Shown here: piece by piece, positions 1-9,750 of the stretch
Layout of the letters: the number at the start of each line of letters is the position of its first letter
Numbering within the stretch: the stretch's first letter is position 1
NCBI GenBank assembly: GCA_016933955.1
Contig: JAFGTT010000030.1
Location: forward strand, 21,362-85,361
Direction: 5' to 3'
DNA from: Candidatus Zixiibacteriota bacterium
Lineage (GTDB): Bacteria > Zixibacteria > MSB-5A5 > GN15 > PGXB01
Length of the DNA stretch: 64,000 bases
Made by a program: the position numbers and the translations under genes
The notes under the pieces: generated by a model
Database searches by the model: none
Told to the model about the DNA's origin: nothing
Seen by the model: only the letters and a program-made list of their open reading frames with translations

Positions 1-745
1 CGGGAGCGGGGCCGGGCTTCTTATCCTGGAAAATATCCGGAGTATGCTCAAGGAGATGAATATCCGGGCCAATTTTTCTATCGGCGGAGTAACCTCGTTG
101 CACGTCGATATGCTTGATGAGGGAACGCTCCACCAGCTTATGCATGGCCAGCTCTTCGAGCCCAGTCCCAGAATGTTCGAATCACTTCTGACAAATCATC
201 ATCATCACGAAATCACGACCGCCTATTATGCTTCGGTGGCCAATAAGGAAGCGGCAGTTAACCTGCTGGATTTGGCGGTTCTGTCGACCCTCGAAGTCGA
301 TCTGGAGTTCAACCTGAATACGGTCTGTGCCGGGGGACGGATAATCGGAGGAATCGGAGGCGGGCAGGATGTCGCGGCCGGGGCCGATCTGACGATTATT
401 TTCATGCCGCTGGCCACGGGTAAGGACGGAAAAGGTTTTCCTAAGGTGGTTGATAAAGTATATACCCGGACCACCCCTGGTGAGGTCATTGATGTCGTGG
501 TCACCGAGGATTATGCCGCGGTTAATCCGAAAAGCCGAAGCAGTTATAAAGAAGCCATTCTGGAACGGGCCGCGGATTTCGGGGTGAAACTTCTGGATAT
601 TGAGCAATTGCATCAGAAGGCGCAGGATAAAGCCCATGAGTTCGGGACGATTCCGCCGACGGCGGAAATCGGCGATGAGGCGGTTCATGTGATTGAATGG
701 CGCGATGGGACTCTCCTCGATACGATCAAAAAAACAGCCGGATAA
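1..745 (+). CDS. CoA-transferase family protein resembling the citrate lyase alpha subunit (citrate CoA-transferase); C-terminal part only, 5' end lies outside the window
   Basis: The ORF is open from the window edge. The C-terminal region (TTPGEVIDVVVTEDYAAVNP ... VIEWRDGTLLDTI) resembles the conserved C-terminus of CitF/MdcA-type CoA transferases. Call made from motif memory, no alignment run. Confidence 0.45.
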   Translation, partial: GSGAGLLILENIRSMLKEMNIRANFSIGGVTSLHVDMLDEGTLHQLMHGQLFEPSPRMFESLLTNHHHHEITTAYYASVANKEAAVNLLDLAVLSTLEVDLEFNLNTVCAGGRIIGGIGGGQDVAAGADLTIIFMPLATGKDGKGFPKVVDKVYTRTTPGEVIDVVVTEDYAAVNPKSRSSYKEAILERAADFGVKLLDIEQLHQKAQDKAHEFGTIPPTAEIGDEAVHVIEWRDGTLLDTIKKTAG

Positions 746-763
746 GGACCCGGAGGGAATAAT

Positions 764-1243
764 ATGCGGTCGGTCGACGAGAGAAATAAAATGATCGAAA
801 AAATCAGAACCCTGCCCCAGGTTCTGGCCCGGACGGTTTGCGATCTTGATGATGAGCAACTCGACACGCCGTACGGTGACGGCAAGTGGACAGTCCGTCA
901 GGTCGTCCATCATCTTGCCGATGCCCATCTTAATGCCTTTGCCAGGATGAAACTGATTCTGACTGAAGATAATCCGGTTCTTAAAACCTACGATCAGGAC
1001 CGCTGGACGGAAACGATCGACGCTCGGCAAATCAACGTGCAATCCTCGCTTCTGATATTGACCGGACTCCATTTACGCTGGTGCGAGTTAATGGAATCCC
1101 TGAGCGAAAAAGACTGGTCTCGATCGGCCAGCCACCCCGAAATCGGCGAAGTGACGATGATACGCCTGCTGGAAATTTATTCCGGTCACGGCGAAAACCA
1201 TCTCAGCCAGATTAAAAAATTAAGAGAAGTCAAAAACTGGTAA
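764..1243 (+). CDS. DinB/YfiT-like putative metal-dependent hydrolase
   Basis: 159 aa ORF with GGAGGG 6-8 nt upstream. His-containing motifs (VVHHLADAHLNAF ... HGENHL) are typical of the DinB_2/YfiT four-helix-bundle family. Confidence 0.5.
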   Translation: MRSVDERNKMIEKIRTLPQVLARTVCDLDDEQLDTPYGDGKWTVRQVVHHLADAHLNAFARMKLILTEDNPVLKTYDQDRWTETIDARQINVQSSLLILTGLHLRWCELMESLSEKDWSRSASHPEIGEVTMIRLLEIYSGHGENHLSQIKKLREVKNW

Positions 1244-1263
1244 ACTCGTCAGATTATCATAAA

Positions 1264-1296
1264 TAAGCCCGCCCTAAGCAGCGGGCTTATTATTTT
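1264..1296. terminator. Rho-independent terminator hairpin (TAAGCCCGC-loop-GCGGGCTTA followed by TTATTTT)
   Basis: Perfect 9 bp GC-rich stem, 8 nt loop and a T-run, immediately after the stop of the 764..1243 gene and between convergent genes. Confidence 0.55.
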
Positions 1297-1308
1297 GAAG
1301 ACCGGAAA

Positions 1309-1953
1309 TTAATTCAAATCCAGACTGTCAAGTTCCCATTCGGATTGCAGATACTGGGGATCACCCTCGGGCTTGTAATACTCCTGATATTTTATAAAGC
1401 CGTGATCAGCGGCCAGCCACCAGTATTCTTCGTTGCGACCGGTAAGCGAGTGGCTGACAATCTTATAACGATAGCAGGTGAAATTTCCGGCGGGCACCGA
1501 AACACTGGCCGAAATGGATACCACGGCTGCCGAATCAGCAGATTCCGATCCGGTTAAATAAATATCTCCAGCGGTTGCCTTGTATTTGGCCCAAAGATTT
1601 GGTTCGGTACCGCTTTCGTCATATTTTTCCCACATCCATAACCCGTTGGCCTGATTGCGGTAAAGATCATCGGCAACATATGAATATGTCCCGAGGGTTC
1701 GCTCCATCTTGAACCAGATCTGGTCATCGCCCAACACCTCGACCGTAGTATCATCATCGATCCGGAAGCTGTAATAAACGGGGGCTGATGGTGTCCCTTC
1801 ACTGTCGTAGATTGTATAAGTGCCGTGCCAGATATTATCAGTTACCAGAGGGAGAATAACGGCAGCACCGTCATCATTGGTCCCCGAATCATCATCACAC
1901 CCCGTTAAAAATAGAGTCAATGAAACTGCAGCAATTGCCATGAGCTTTTTCAT
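1309..1953 (-). CDS. Hypothetical lipoprotein
   Basis: N-terminal signal peptide ending in a lipobox (LTLFLTGC). No recognisable catalytic motifs. Confidence 0.5.
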   Translation of the reverse strand: MKKLMAIAAVSLTLFLTGCDDDSGTNDDGAAVILPLVTDNIWHGTYTIYDSEGTPSAPVYYSFRIDDDTTVEVLGDDQIWFKMERTLGTYSYVADDLYRNQANGLWMWEKYDESGTEPNLWAKYKATAGDIYLTGSESADSAAVVSISASVSVPAGNFTCYRYKIVSHSLTGRNEEYWWLAADHGFIKYQEYYKPEGDPQYLQSEWELDSLDLN

Positions 1954-2090
1954 GAGTGCCTCACATAGAAATATTATTGATGTTGGATAATTACGGAGTC
2001 ATGGTAAACAATTGAAATACCAATGACAAGCGAATAATGCCGGTTTGGAGAAATTTTATTCAGCGAAAAAACGGGTATTAATAGAAACAA

Positions 2091-3566
2091 TTACCGCCGT
2101 CTGTCACGCGGCAATTTTTTGATCGCGGCCTGCCGGATAAAGGAATAACTGAGACTATTAAGATCGTTGAAGTAGGCAACTTTTTCATACCAATCCAGAG
2201 CTTCGGTCATATCTCCATTGCCCTCACAAGCCTTTCCCATCAGGTAAAACAGGTACGGGGACTGCTGATCGGCCTGAGAAAATTCGGTCAGGGCTGTACT
2301 ATAGTCGGCCTGCTCCAGAGCCAGCATTCCAGCCAGTTCATGGATTTGTCTGGTCTGGTAGGGATTATTGGCTTCCTCGACCCGGGTTTTGAATTCCTGG
2401 ATGATTCTGCCAGCTTCGGCAAAATCGCCGCGTTTGATGGCAATACGGGCATAAAAATAAAGGTAATTTCGTTCGGAATTGGCTTTTAATTCATCCGGCA
2501 AGTCGGAATTGACAAAGAGGTTGTGGCTGCTGTCGATCATGACTCTGGCCCTGTCGCTCTGATTCATCTCCAGCAGTATTCGGGACATAATCGCTAGGTC
2601 ATTGGTCATGGCCGTAATGTCATTCATCCTTTCCGAAAGGTTGTACTGCTGGTCCATGGTAAGCAGTGCCTGGTCCATTTTTCCCTCGTCGACATAAGAG
2701 ATAACCATAGCTTGAAGAGCTGTTCGACGTTGTCCATCATCGCGGGCGATATCATATAACTCCTGGAGCTGTTCCCGGGCGGACTTGTGTTTGCCGAGGT
2801 AATTCAGGTTAGTGGCAATTCCGATATGCGAGGGGACGAAATTTGGGTCGATATCCAAAGCTTCATAATAGGTTTCGATAGACTGACCGTACTCACCCAT
2901 TTTGAGTCTTAATTCGGCATAGGAATCATAGGGATTAGGATCATCGGGGATCAATTCGATGTATTTGATAAAGGCTTCTTCCGCCTTATCGTACTGACCA
3001 AGATAACGGTAGCAATAGCCTAGCATATTATAGGCCGGCGAAAATTCATCGTTGATATTAATGGCTCTTTCAAGCTCGGAGATAGCCTTTTGAAATTCCT
3101 GCTGGCCGTACCAGTAGGTTCCCAGTATATTATGAGCCCGTTCATCGTTGGGATATTCGGCCACCAGTTGCTGCAGATATTCCAGTTGTTTCATGGGATC
3201 GGCGTTATTCCCGGCCCGGGCGGCATGCAACATCAACTGCTCGCCTTCGGAAATCTGGTTTCGCAGGGCGTATGCTTTCTCGAACATGTCATAATAACCC
3301 TTGACGCTGGATTGAAGATAGGCGAGGTTCAGGTATGCCATTGCGAAATTAGGATCTTTCTCAATCGCCTTATTCAGATAGTCGGTCGCCTCGAGAGCCC
3401 GAAGTCGTTCACCCAGATCTCGTCCTTTTATGTAGTCCTGGCGGGCCTCCGGGGATGAAGTCGTAATGGGGATTTTATCGCTTTTTCCGGAGCATCCCCA
3501 GCCCAGAACCATCATCAGACCGACAGCTAAAAATATATAGCTGACAGTATTTTTGCGGCGACCCAT
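2091..3566 (-). CDS. Tetratricopeptide-repeat (TPR) lipoprotein
   Basis: 491 aa with signal peptide plus Cys (GWGCSG). Multiple degenerate 34-residue repeats with the A/Y/L/G pattern typical of TPR (e.g. AYLNLAYLQ, AYNMLGYCY). Confidence 0.6.
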   Translation of the reverse strand: MGRRKNTVSYIFLAVGLMMVLGWGCSGKSDKIPITTSSPEARQDYIKGRDLGERLRALEATDYLNKAIEKDPNFAMAYLNLAYLQSSVKGYYDMFEKAYALRNQISEGEQLMLHAARAGNNADPMKQLEYLQQLVAEYPNDERAHNILGTYWYGQQEFQKAISELERAININDEFSPAYNMLGYCYRYLGQYDKAEEAFIKYIELIPDDPNPYDSYAELRLKMGEYGQSIETYYEALDIDPNFVPSHIGIATNLNYLGKHKSAREQLQELYDIARDDGQRRTALQAMVISYVDEGKMDQALLTMDQQYNLSERMNDITAMTNDLAIMSRILLEMNQSDRARVMIDSSHNLFVNSDLPDELKANSERNYLYFYARIAIKRGDFAEAGRIIQEFKTRVEEANNPYQTRQIHELAGMLALEQADYSTALTEFSQADQQSPYLFYLMGKACEGNGDMTEALDWYEKVAYFNDLNSLSYSFIRQAAIKKLPRDRRR

Positions 3567-3661
3567 TTATTCCATCCTCCTATATGTCTATAACGGTATA
3601 TAAACATATATTACTTAGAAAAAATAACATTATTTATAGCCCGAGGTCATAAACCTTGTTC

Positions 3662-4423
3662 TTATTCAATTCTGTTGCGACGCATGCGCCCGGCGATCTT
3701 TTCCCATCTATCGGTAATCAAAAAACTCTCATCCATATTATCGATCATAACAACCAATTTGGTTAGTGAAACCGAAAAAGTTAAATGACAGGGATCTACA
3801 TAGGGTCTGGCCGAAATGTCAAACATCCCGATAACCGACCGGGGGTGCGTTGATTGATATTCCAGATAGGGGTAGGCGACAATCGAAGCGCACCCGGCGC
3901 ATGAAGGTGTTATGACGGCCTGAAGATCGACCTCATCGAAGTTGGCCAGACTGAACAGCCCGGCCAGCGTATCCGGCGCGGCGAAGAATATGGCGGAGAC
4001 GGGGTGATCATCCCGGTCCAGATTATCCCAGCGTTTAAATACGATATATTTGTCCGGGGCCTTAAAGGCCGGACGGGCCGCCTGCATTTTTCTGACCAGC
4101 TCCGGGTTTTTTTTGTGACGGATACCCTCGATTTCGCCCGCTCGCCCGCATGATAAAAAATACTCAAAATCCAGACGCTCCTCGACCGGATACCCAAGAT
4201 TTTCCCGTGCCCCGGAACAGCCGATGGTGGCACTTTCGAAAATGGCATTTCGGCCATTTCGAACGCGATTCAAGTCCCCGATCAGGCAATGCCATTTTTC
4301 ATTCGATTCGATCGGTGTGCCCCGTGATTTATCATCGGTATAATAGAAAACGAGAGGGTATTCGGCGTCCGGAAAGTACTTTTCCCATTTCTGAATAAAT
4401 TTGTTTTTCAAATTCAAATCCAT
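3662..4423 (-). CDS. DUF169-family protein (uncharacterised, COG2043-like)
   Basis: 253 aa. Conserved Cys pattern (IGCSGAR ... ITPSCAGCASIVAYPYL ... VDPCHLTF) matches what I recall of the DUF169 family. No function known. Confidence 0.45.
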   Translation of the reverse strand: MDLNLKNKFIQKWEKYFPDAEYPLVFYYTDDKSRGTPIESNEKWHCLIGDLNRVRNGRNAIFESATIGCSGARENLGYPVEERLDFEYFLSCGRAGEIEGIRHKKNPELVRKMQAARPAFKAPDKYIVFKRWDNLDRDDHPVSAIFFAAPDTLAGLFSLANFDEVDLQAVITPSCAGCASIVAYPYLEYQSTHPRSVIGMFDISARPYVDPCHLTFSVSLTKLVVMIDNMDESFLITDRWEKIAGRMRRNRIE

Positions 4424-4653
4424 ATAAATGCCGCCAATTCTATAAGTCTCAACTTACATATTGATTTATACAAGCTCAACCAAAATTATTAACAATTGAT
4501 CCCGGTTCGATAATATCTCGAACAGGGTAAAAAGGCTTGCAAAAAGGGCTATTTTGTCCTTATATTAAATTGGTGCGGGGGTCAAGATTGTTTCATATTA
4601 TTCATTGACAATAATATTTATTTCTTAAAAACGATAATAAATGGCGCGGGCAT

Positions 4654-5178
4654 ATGAAATTGGGTAAAAGGCATTGTCTTATTACGGGTATTCCCGGGGT
4701 GGGTAAAACAACCCTGATTAATACTCTGGCCAGGCAGTTGGAAGCGCTTCGGCCAGTCGGCTTTTACACCTCGGAAATCAGGGAGAATGGGCGACGGGTC
4801 GGTTTTGAATTGATTAGTTTACAGGGGGGGGTGAAAATTCTATCGCATATCAACATCGAAAGTCAATATCGTGTCGGAAAATATGGAGTCGATGTCGAGT
4901 CTTTTGATCTATTTCTCGATGAAATCGATTTTGACCATTCATCTGAAGCTCCGGTCGTGATTGATGAGATCGGGAAAATGGAGTGTTTCTCGGCAAAATT
5001 CCGCCGCTTAATTCTGAATTTGATGGATTCAAACCGTCTGGTAATTGCCACTGTGGCTCTTAATGGGGGTGGATTGGCCGAAAAGATTAAGGCCCGCGAG
5101 GATGTTGCCATATTTGAGGTTACTCGTTATAACCGGGACTATTTGTCTAATGATATCCTGGCCATTTTGACAAAATAG
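4654..5178 (+). CDS. Nucleoside-triphosphatase, THEP1/AF1862-type (NTPase_1 family)
   Basis: Walker A loop GIPGVGKTT at the N-terminus, Walker B-like VVIDEIGKME, and a length of 174 aa typical of this small NTPase family. Confidence 0.6.
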   Translation: MKLGKRHCLITGIPGVGKTTLINTLARQLEALRPVGFYTSEIRENGRRVGFELISLQGGVKILSHINIESQYRVGKYGVDVESFDLFLDEIDFDHSSEAPVVIDEIGKMECFSAKFRRLILNLMDSNRLVIATVALNGGGLAEKIKAREDVAIFEVTRYNRDYLSNDILAILTK

Positions 5179-5309
5179 ACATATCCGCGTCTTTGATATC
5201 AGAGAATTACCATTTCTTTTTAAATAGATTCCATTTCCGCGGTCGATTGAAACGACCAAAGTGGTTTTTTCCCAAATTTCTGTTTCATAACCAATCCAGG
5301 GAGGTTGTT

Positions 5310-5771
5310 ATGCCGATCCGACGACTTCTGGAATTTCCTGACCAAAACCGGGTCAATTATGAAATTAAAAAACATCCGCCCGCCTTCACGGCCCAGGCTA
5401 TCGCCTCTCTGGCGCATATACCGGGCGGGGAGATGGTCAAGACGGTAATGGTCAAAGTGGAGGGTAAAATGGCTATGGCGGTTTTGCCGGCCGCCAATAT
5501 GGTCGACTTCGAAATGCTCCGGGATACGGTTGGATGCGATGATGTCCAAATGGCCCGCGAATCGGAATTCCGCGATATGTTTCCCGACTGCGAACTGGGT
5601 GCCATGCCGCCGTTTGGGAATCTTTACGGTCTCGGTGTCTATGTGGCCGAAAAATTGACCGGGCACAAGATGATAGCCTTTAATGCCTGCTCGCAGACCG
5701 AAGTCTTAATAATGCAATATGCCGATTTCGAGCGCCTGGTTAAACCGAAAATGATAAAATTCGCCTTGTAA
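5310..5771 (+). CDS. YbaK/ProX-type aminoacyl-tRNA deacylase (trans-editing domain protein)
   Basis: Start chosen at the ATG preceded by GGGAGG. The ORF track's longer ORF (5193..) has no RBS. Motifs KTVMVK and AMPPFGNLYGLGVYV match the YbaK/ProRS editing domain. Confidence 0.55.
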   Translation: MPIRRLLEFPDQNRVNYEIKKHPPAFTAQAIASLAHIPGGEMVKTVMVKVEGKMAMAVLPAANMVDFEMLRDTVGCDDVQMARESEFRDMFPDCELGAMPPFGNLYGLGVYVAEKLTGHKMIAFNACSQTEVLIMQYADFERLVKPKMIKFAL

Positions 5772-5906
5772 ATTATTATTCATCCGGGTTAAGGCTTTTG
5801 ATGTCGTTTAACCGGGAGCGGGATGGAAATCAAGACAAAAAAGGTAAATGACAACAATTAAAAATCCCCGATAAGTTTCGGGGATTTAGAGAATCTGTTC
5901 CGACAA

Positions 5907-6005
5907 TCAGTGAAGTAAAACCGGCATAAAGTAGAGCAGGGAGATCATGGCAATACTGACTAAACCCTGCCAGGTTTTTATTTCAAGATCTGAATTTGAT
6001 TTCAT
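5907..6005 (-). CDS. Possible small hydrophobic peptide (32 aa, MKSNSDLEIKTWQGLVSIAMISLLYFMPVLLH)
   Basis: ATG preceded by GGAGGTG at 6 nt spacing. Single predicted TM helix. Below the 60 aa cutoff of the ORF track. No homology recognised. Confidence 0.2.
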   Translation of the reverse strand: MKSNSDLEIKTWQGLVSIAMISLLYFMPVLLH

Positions 6006-6162
6006 TTCAAACACCTCCGGGCACTTAAATAATTGGATCGTACTGATCCAGTATATGGAACCGATACGCGGTTTTAAAAGTTCCCGGATGAGGATTTTTG
6101 CTGGAAAATATTACTGAAACAGGCGGAATTTAAAATCAGTGGAATTGATAAGCCTTTAATGC

Positions 6163-6990
6163 CTACTCGAAAGACTCATCCGAAGACGGGTAATTGCCGG
6201 ATTTTACGTCTTTAATAAAATCGCGGGCGGCCTGTTCGATAAGTGGGGGAAGGTCGACATAACGACGGACGAATTTCGGTTTAAAGATATCGTAAAGCCC
6301 CAGAATATCATTGACCACCAGGACCTGGCCGTCACATCCAATCCCGGACCCGATCCCGATGGTGGGGATGTTGATATTCCGGGTTATTTCGGTAGCGGTG
6401 GCGGTTTGGACCAGTTCCAGAACAATGGAGAAAGCTCCGGCCTCTTCAAGAGCCTGGGCCGATTCGAGAAGGTACTGCTTCGATTTTTCTTTGCGGCCCT
6501 GGACCCGATGACCGCCGAAAGCATGAATAGACTGCGGCGTCAGGCCGATATGCCCCATAACCGGGATACCGCATTCGACAATTCTTTTAACAGTCGGGGC
6601 CATCTCCGTCCCGCCTTCAAGTTTGACCGCCTCGGCGTTGGCTTCTTTTAAAAATCGACCGGCGTTGGTAATAGCGATTTCGAATGACGGTTGGTAGGAC
6701 AGGAAGGGCATATCGGCCACGACCAGGGCCTGTTTGGTGCCGAGGGCGACGGCGCGGGTGTGGGCCAGCATGACTTCCATCGTGATCGGCAGGGTACTTG
6801 TCATGCCGTGAATGACCATCCCGGCCGAATCACCGACCAGGATGCAGTCGATACCGGCCCGGTCGAGAAACCGGGCGGTGAAATAATCATAAGCGGTCAG
6901 GACCGCCAGTTTTTCACCGTGAACCTTTTTCCTGATAAAAGTACGGATGGTCATTTTGCCATTGGAATTACGGTCGTCATGAGCTGACAT
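6163..6990 (-). CDS. panB: 3-methyl-2-oxobutanoate hydroxymethyltransferase (ketopantoate hydroxymethyltransferase)
   Basis: Signature LTAYDY ... VGDSAGMVIHG ... TLPITMEVML. Start of the pantothenate pathway. GAGGA RBS upstream. Confidence 0.9.
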   Translation of the reverse strand: MSAHDDRNSNGKMTIRTFIRKKVHGEKLAVLTAYDYFTARFLDRAGIDCILVGDSAGMVIHGMTSTLPITMEVMLAHTRAVALGTKQALVVADMPFLSYQPSFEIAITNAGRFLKEANAEAVKLEGGTEMAPTVKRIVECGIPVMGHIGLTPQSIHAFGGHRVQGRKEKSKQYLLESAQALEEAGAFSIVLELVQTATATEITRNINIPTIGIGSGIGCDGQVLVVNDILGLYDIFKPKFVRRYVDLPPLIEQAARDFIKDVKSGNYPSSDESFE

Positions 6991-7002
6991 GTTTTCCTCA
7001 TT

Positions 7003-7650
7003 TTACGGCATGGTATGCCCGGCCGGGACATAATATTTCTTGCCGGTGATCGGCTTTTTAATCAACTCGACCAGATTTTCAAAATCATCGCGGTTGTCAA
7101 CAAAGTCGATATCATCGGTTTTTACGACCAGCAGAGGCGAATCATCATAGTGAAAAAAGAAGTAGTTGAAAGCATCGTTGAGTTCGGTGATATAATCAAC
7201 ATCGATAGAACGCTCGAAACCGTAATTGCGTTTTTTTATCCGTTCCAGCAAAACCGGGGTGGAGGTTTGAAGATAGATGGTCAAATCCGGCGGAGGAATA
7301 TCGGCCTTGAGAAGGGGCAGGATTCTTTCGTACAGAATGAGTTCGCGTTTGCTGAGATTGACAGTAGCGAAAATTTGATCGCGGATAAAAGTATAATCGG
7401 CAACAATCCTCTGGGCGAACAGGTCACGGACGATCAGGGATTGCTGCTGCTGATAGCGGCTTAGCAAAAAATATAACTGGGCGGAAAAAGCATAACGGTT
7501 TTTTTCCTTGTAGAAATCGACGATAAAGGGATTATTCATGGCATCGTCAAGTAGCAGTTCGGCGTCAATTTTTTCGGCCAGCATCCGAGCCAGCGTGGTT
7601 TTCCCGGCGCCGATTACGCCCTCCAGGGCGATATAGTTAGGTTCGGACAT
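7003..7650 (-). CDS. Deoxynucleoside kinase (dAK/dGK family)
   Basis: P-loop EGVIGAGKTT at the N-terminus, ~215 aa, dNK-family ERS/DRx-like motifs. Translationally coupled to the neighbouring genes. Confidence 0.7.
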   Translation of the reverse strand: MSEPNYIALEGVIGAGKTTLARMLAEKIDAELLLDDAMNNPFIVDFYKEKNRYAFSAQLYFLLSRYQQQQSLIVRDLFAQRIVADYTFIRDQIFATVNLSKRELILYERILPLLKADIPPPDLTIYLQTSTPVLLERIKKRNYGFERSIDVDYITELNDAFNYFFFHYDDSPLLVVKTDDIDFVDNRDDFENLVELIKKPITGKKYYVPAGHTMP

Positions 7651-8152
7651 GAGGTTGTTCTATTTCCCTGTAAATAATAATGCTTTTAGCCTCTCCGGAT
7701 TTAAGGTATGAATCCAGCCTGCGGCCGCTTTCGGGATGAAGCAGATCCGGATCGATGTTGAGAAGCGGCACCAGGACAAAAGCTCGCCGGGTCATCCTCG
7801 GATGCGGCACCTGCAGACGATCGGTTCTGATGATCTCATCGCCGAACAGAAGGAGGTCAAGATCAATAGTCCGGGGCTGGTAATCGCCCTTGCTTTCACG
7901 CCCGATTTTTTTCTCAATATTTTCCAGATTGGTCAAAAGCTCTTGGGCGCTGTACGCGAATTGGCCCTTGATAACCATATTCAAAAATCCCGGCGTATCC
8001 CTGTCCATATCAACCGCCTCGCTGATATAGATGGGTGAGCAGTGAATATGTTCAAAGCCTTCCATCTCCGCAATCAGGCGGCAGGCTCTGAGCAGGTTGG
8101 CCTCACGGTTACCGAGGTTTGAACCGACTCCAAGATAAACTATTCTGGACAT
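7637..8152 (-). CDS. folK: 2-amino-4-hydroxy-6-hydroxymethyldihydropteridine pyrophosphokinase (HPPK)
   Basis: Start placed at MSRIVYLGVGSNLG, the canonical HPPK N-terminus. Further motifs TIDLDLLLFGD and PHPRM. The 5' extension in the ORF track (to 8254) would overlap folB and lacks homology. Confidence 0.8.
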   Translation of the reverse strand: MSRIVYLGVGSNLGNREANLLRACRLIAEMEGFEHIHCSPIYISEAVDMDRDTPGFLNMVIKGQFAYSAQELLTNLENIEKKIGRESKGDYQPRTIDLDLLLFGDEIIRTDRLQVPHPRMTRRAFVLVPLLNIDPDLLHPESGRRLDSYLKSGEAKSIIIYREIEQPHVRT

Positions 8153-8177
8153 TATTTTCTCCTTATGGTCGAAATGA

Positions 8178-8573
8178 CTATTTATTTTCATTATCGGCCA
8201 AAATCTTGGAAGTATCAGGCTGACGCCGGGTAACCTCGATTTCGATATTGTCAATAGTTCCCTGGATCGGCGGAATCACTTTGCGTATTCGCAAGGTTAC
8301 ACGATAAATCGGGAATTCATTCAGAATAGTCTGGGCCAGATTGGCGGCCAGGCTTTCCATCAGGGAATATGCCTTACCCTCGACGATTTCCTTGATTTTC
8401 CGATGGACGGCGACATAATCGACCGCATCCTGAAGGCTGTCCGATTCACCGGGCGGGGCCAGATCGACCTCGAGTTCGCAATCAACCTCGAATCGGCGGC
8501 CGGTCTCCTTCTCGGCGGCAGAGACGCCGTGGTACCCGTAGAAGACCATTCCATTGAGTCGAATAACATCCAT
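8178..8573 (-). CDS. folB: Dihydroneopterin aldolase
   Basis: N-terminus MDVIRLNGMVFYGYHGV matches the FolB consensus (compare B. subtilis MDKVYVEGMEFYGYHGV). ~131 aa. Confidence 0.8.
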   Translation of the reverse strand: MDVIRLNGMVFYGYHGVSAAEKETGRRFEVDCELEVDLAPPGESDSLQDAVDYVAVHRKIKEIVEGKAYSLMESLAANLAQTILNEFPIYRVTLRIRKVIPPIQGTIDNIEIEVTRRQPDTSKILADNENK

Positions 8574-8574
8574 G

Positions 8575-9750
8575 TTATTTTTCTCCACTGATAGCTTTGA
8601 TCGTCAATTTTCTCATCAGGCGCGCGGTGGCCTCGCGGTATTCATCGGGAGTGGCGGTCAGGGATAGCCTCAGGTGGCCCTCCCCGGTTTCGCCGAAGGC
8701 GGTCCCCGGCAGCGTCAGGATATGTTTCCGCCTCAGGATGGCGGCGGCATATGAAGCGGCCTGTTTGCGTTCGGGGATTTTTATCCACAGGAAGGGAGAT
8801 GATTTTTCACCGATGACTTTCCATTCCATTTTTTCAACCAGCTGTTCGGCTTCAAGACGGGTATTGTCGATTTTACGTTTGATTTCTCTGAGACCCTCGG
8901 ATGGATATGCCGCGATTGATTTCATGGCCTGATCCACCCAGACGGCCGGAATGGATACGCCCAGCGTTTTCCCGATTGTCTCCAAGCCGTTGATTACATC
9001 GGATGGTCCGACGGCGAATCCGAAAGGCAGATACGGCAAACCGAAAGTAAAGGGAATGGAATATATTTCCAAGCTTACTTTGCCGCCACCCGGGAGAGAG
9101 CGGAGCGGGCGATATTTTTCAGGAGCCAGCGAGCAGTAAGCGGCATCATTGATAATGAAGGTGTTCTGCCTGGAGGCAATGCGTATGGTTTCGGCCAGTT
9201 CAGTGTCATCGAGGACAGTTCCGAAAGGATTGTTGGGATTATTCAGTATCAGGATTTTAGCGGTTTTACCCAGATTCGAGGATAGCGTCACGGCCGATGG
9301 TTTATAATTCGATTTAGCCGAGATGGGATAGGTTACCGGGACGCCACCGACCGCAATGGCCAAACGCCGATAAAAAGGCATTCCTGGTTCCGGGCAAAGA
9401 ACAATATCGCCAAGCTCCACAAAGGCCAGGTAAAGATCAAAAATAATCCTGTGAATACCCTGACCGATGTAAATTTCTTTCCTGGGGTCAACCGCCATGC
9501 GGTATTCGCCATTAAGCCAGCCGGATAAGGATTCTTTCAGCCGCGCAATGTCATTCGGGCTGGCTGAAGCCAGAAAATTACTACCACAATCAGGCTTTCC
9601 ATTCTTATGCGGCCAATTAAAATGACCAAGATCAAGAGTCGGGATTCGTCGTTCCCCGGTTTTAATAGTCCTTTTCGGAAAGAAATCTTCCATATCGAAC
9701 GGGAAATGATAGAGACGATCCGCCTTATCCAGGATCACTTTTTTAATCAT
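8575..9750 (-). CDS. Class I/II aminotransferase-fold protein, apparently lacking the PLP-binding lysine
   Basis: Overall fold-type I aminotransferase features (NPNNPFG, large and small domain layout, ~390 aa). The region expected to read SFSK...GxRxG reads YSIPFTFGLPYLPFGFAVG, with F and P at the Lys and Arg positions. Confidence 0.6.
   Translation of the reverse strand: MIKKVILDKADRLYHFPFDMEDFFPKRTIKTGERRIPTLDLGHFNWPHKNGKPDCGSNFLASASPNDIARLKESLSGWLNGEYRMAVDPRKEIYIGQGIHRIIFDLYLAFVELGDIVLCPEPGMPFYRRLAIAVGGVPVTYPISAKSNYKPSAVTLSSNLGKTAKILILNNPNNPFGTVLDDTELAETIRIASRQNTFIINDAAYCSLAPEKYRPLRSLPGGGKVSLEIYSIPFTFGLPYLPFGFAVGPSDVINGLETIGKTLGVSIPAVWVDQAMKSIAAYPSEGLREIKRKIDNTRLEAEQLVEKMEWKVIGEKSSPFLWIKIPERKQAASYAAAILRRKHILTLPGTAFGETGEGHLRLSLTATPDEYREATARLMRKLTIKAISGEK

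Noticed and set aside
182-1072. 296 aa minus-strand ORF overlapping the CitF-like and DinB-like genes
   Set aside because: Antisense to two plus-strand ORFs that have recognisable family motifs and an RBS. It has low-complexity, Arg-rich composition typical of antisense frames in GC-rich coding DNA.
4524-4545. Sigma54-like GG-N-GC element (GGTAAAAAGGCTTGCA) upstream of the NTPase gene
   Set aside because: Spacing between GG and GC is 11 rather than 10, and the -24 region does not read TGGCAC. Probably chance.
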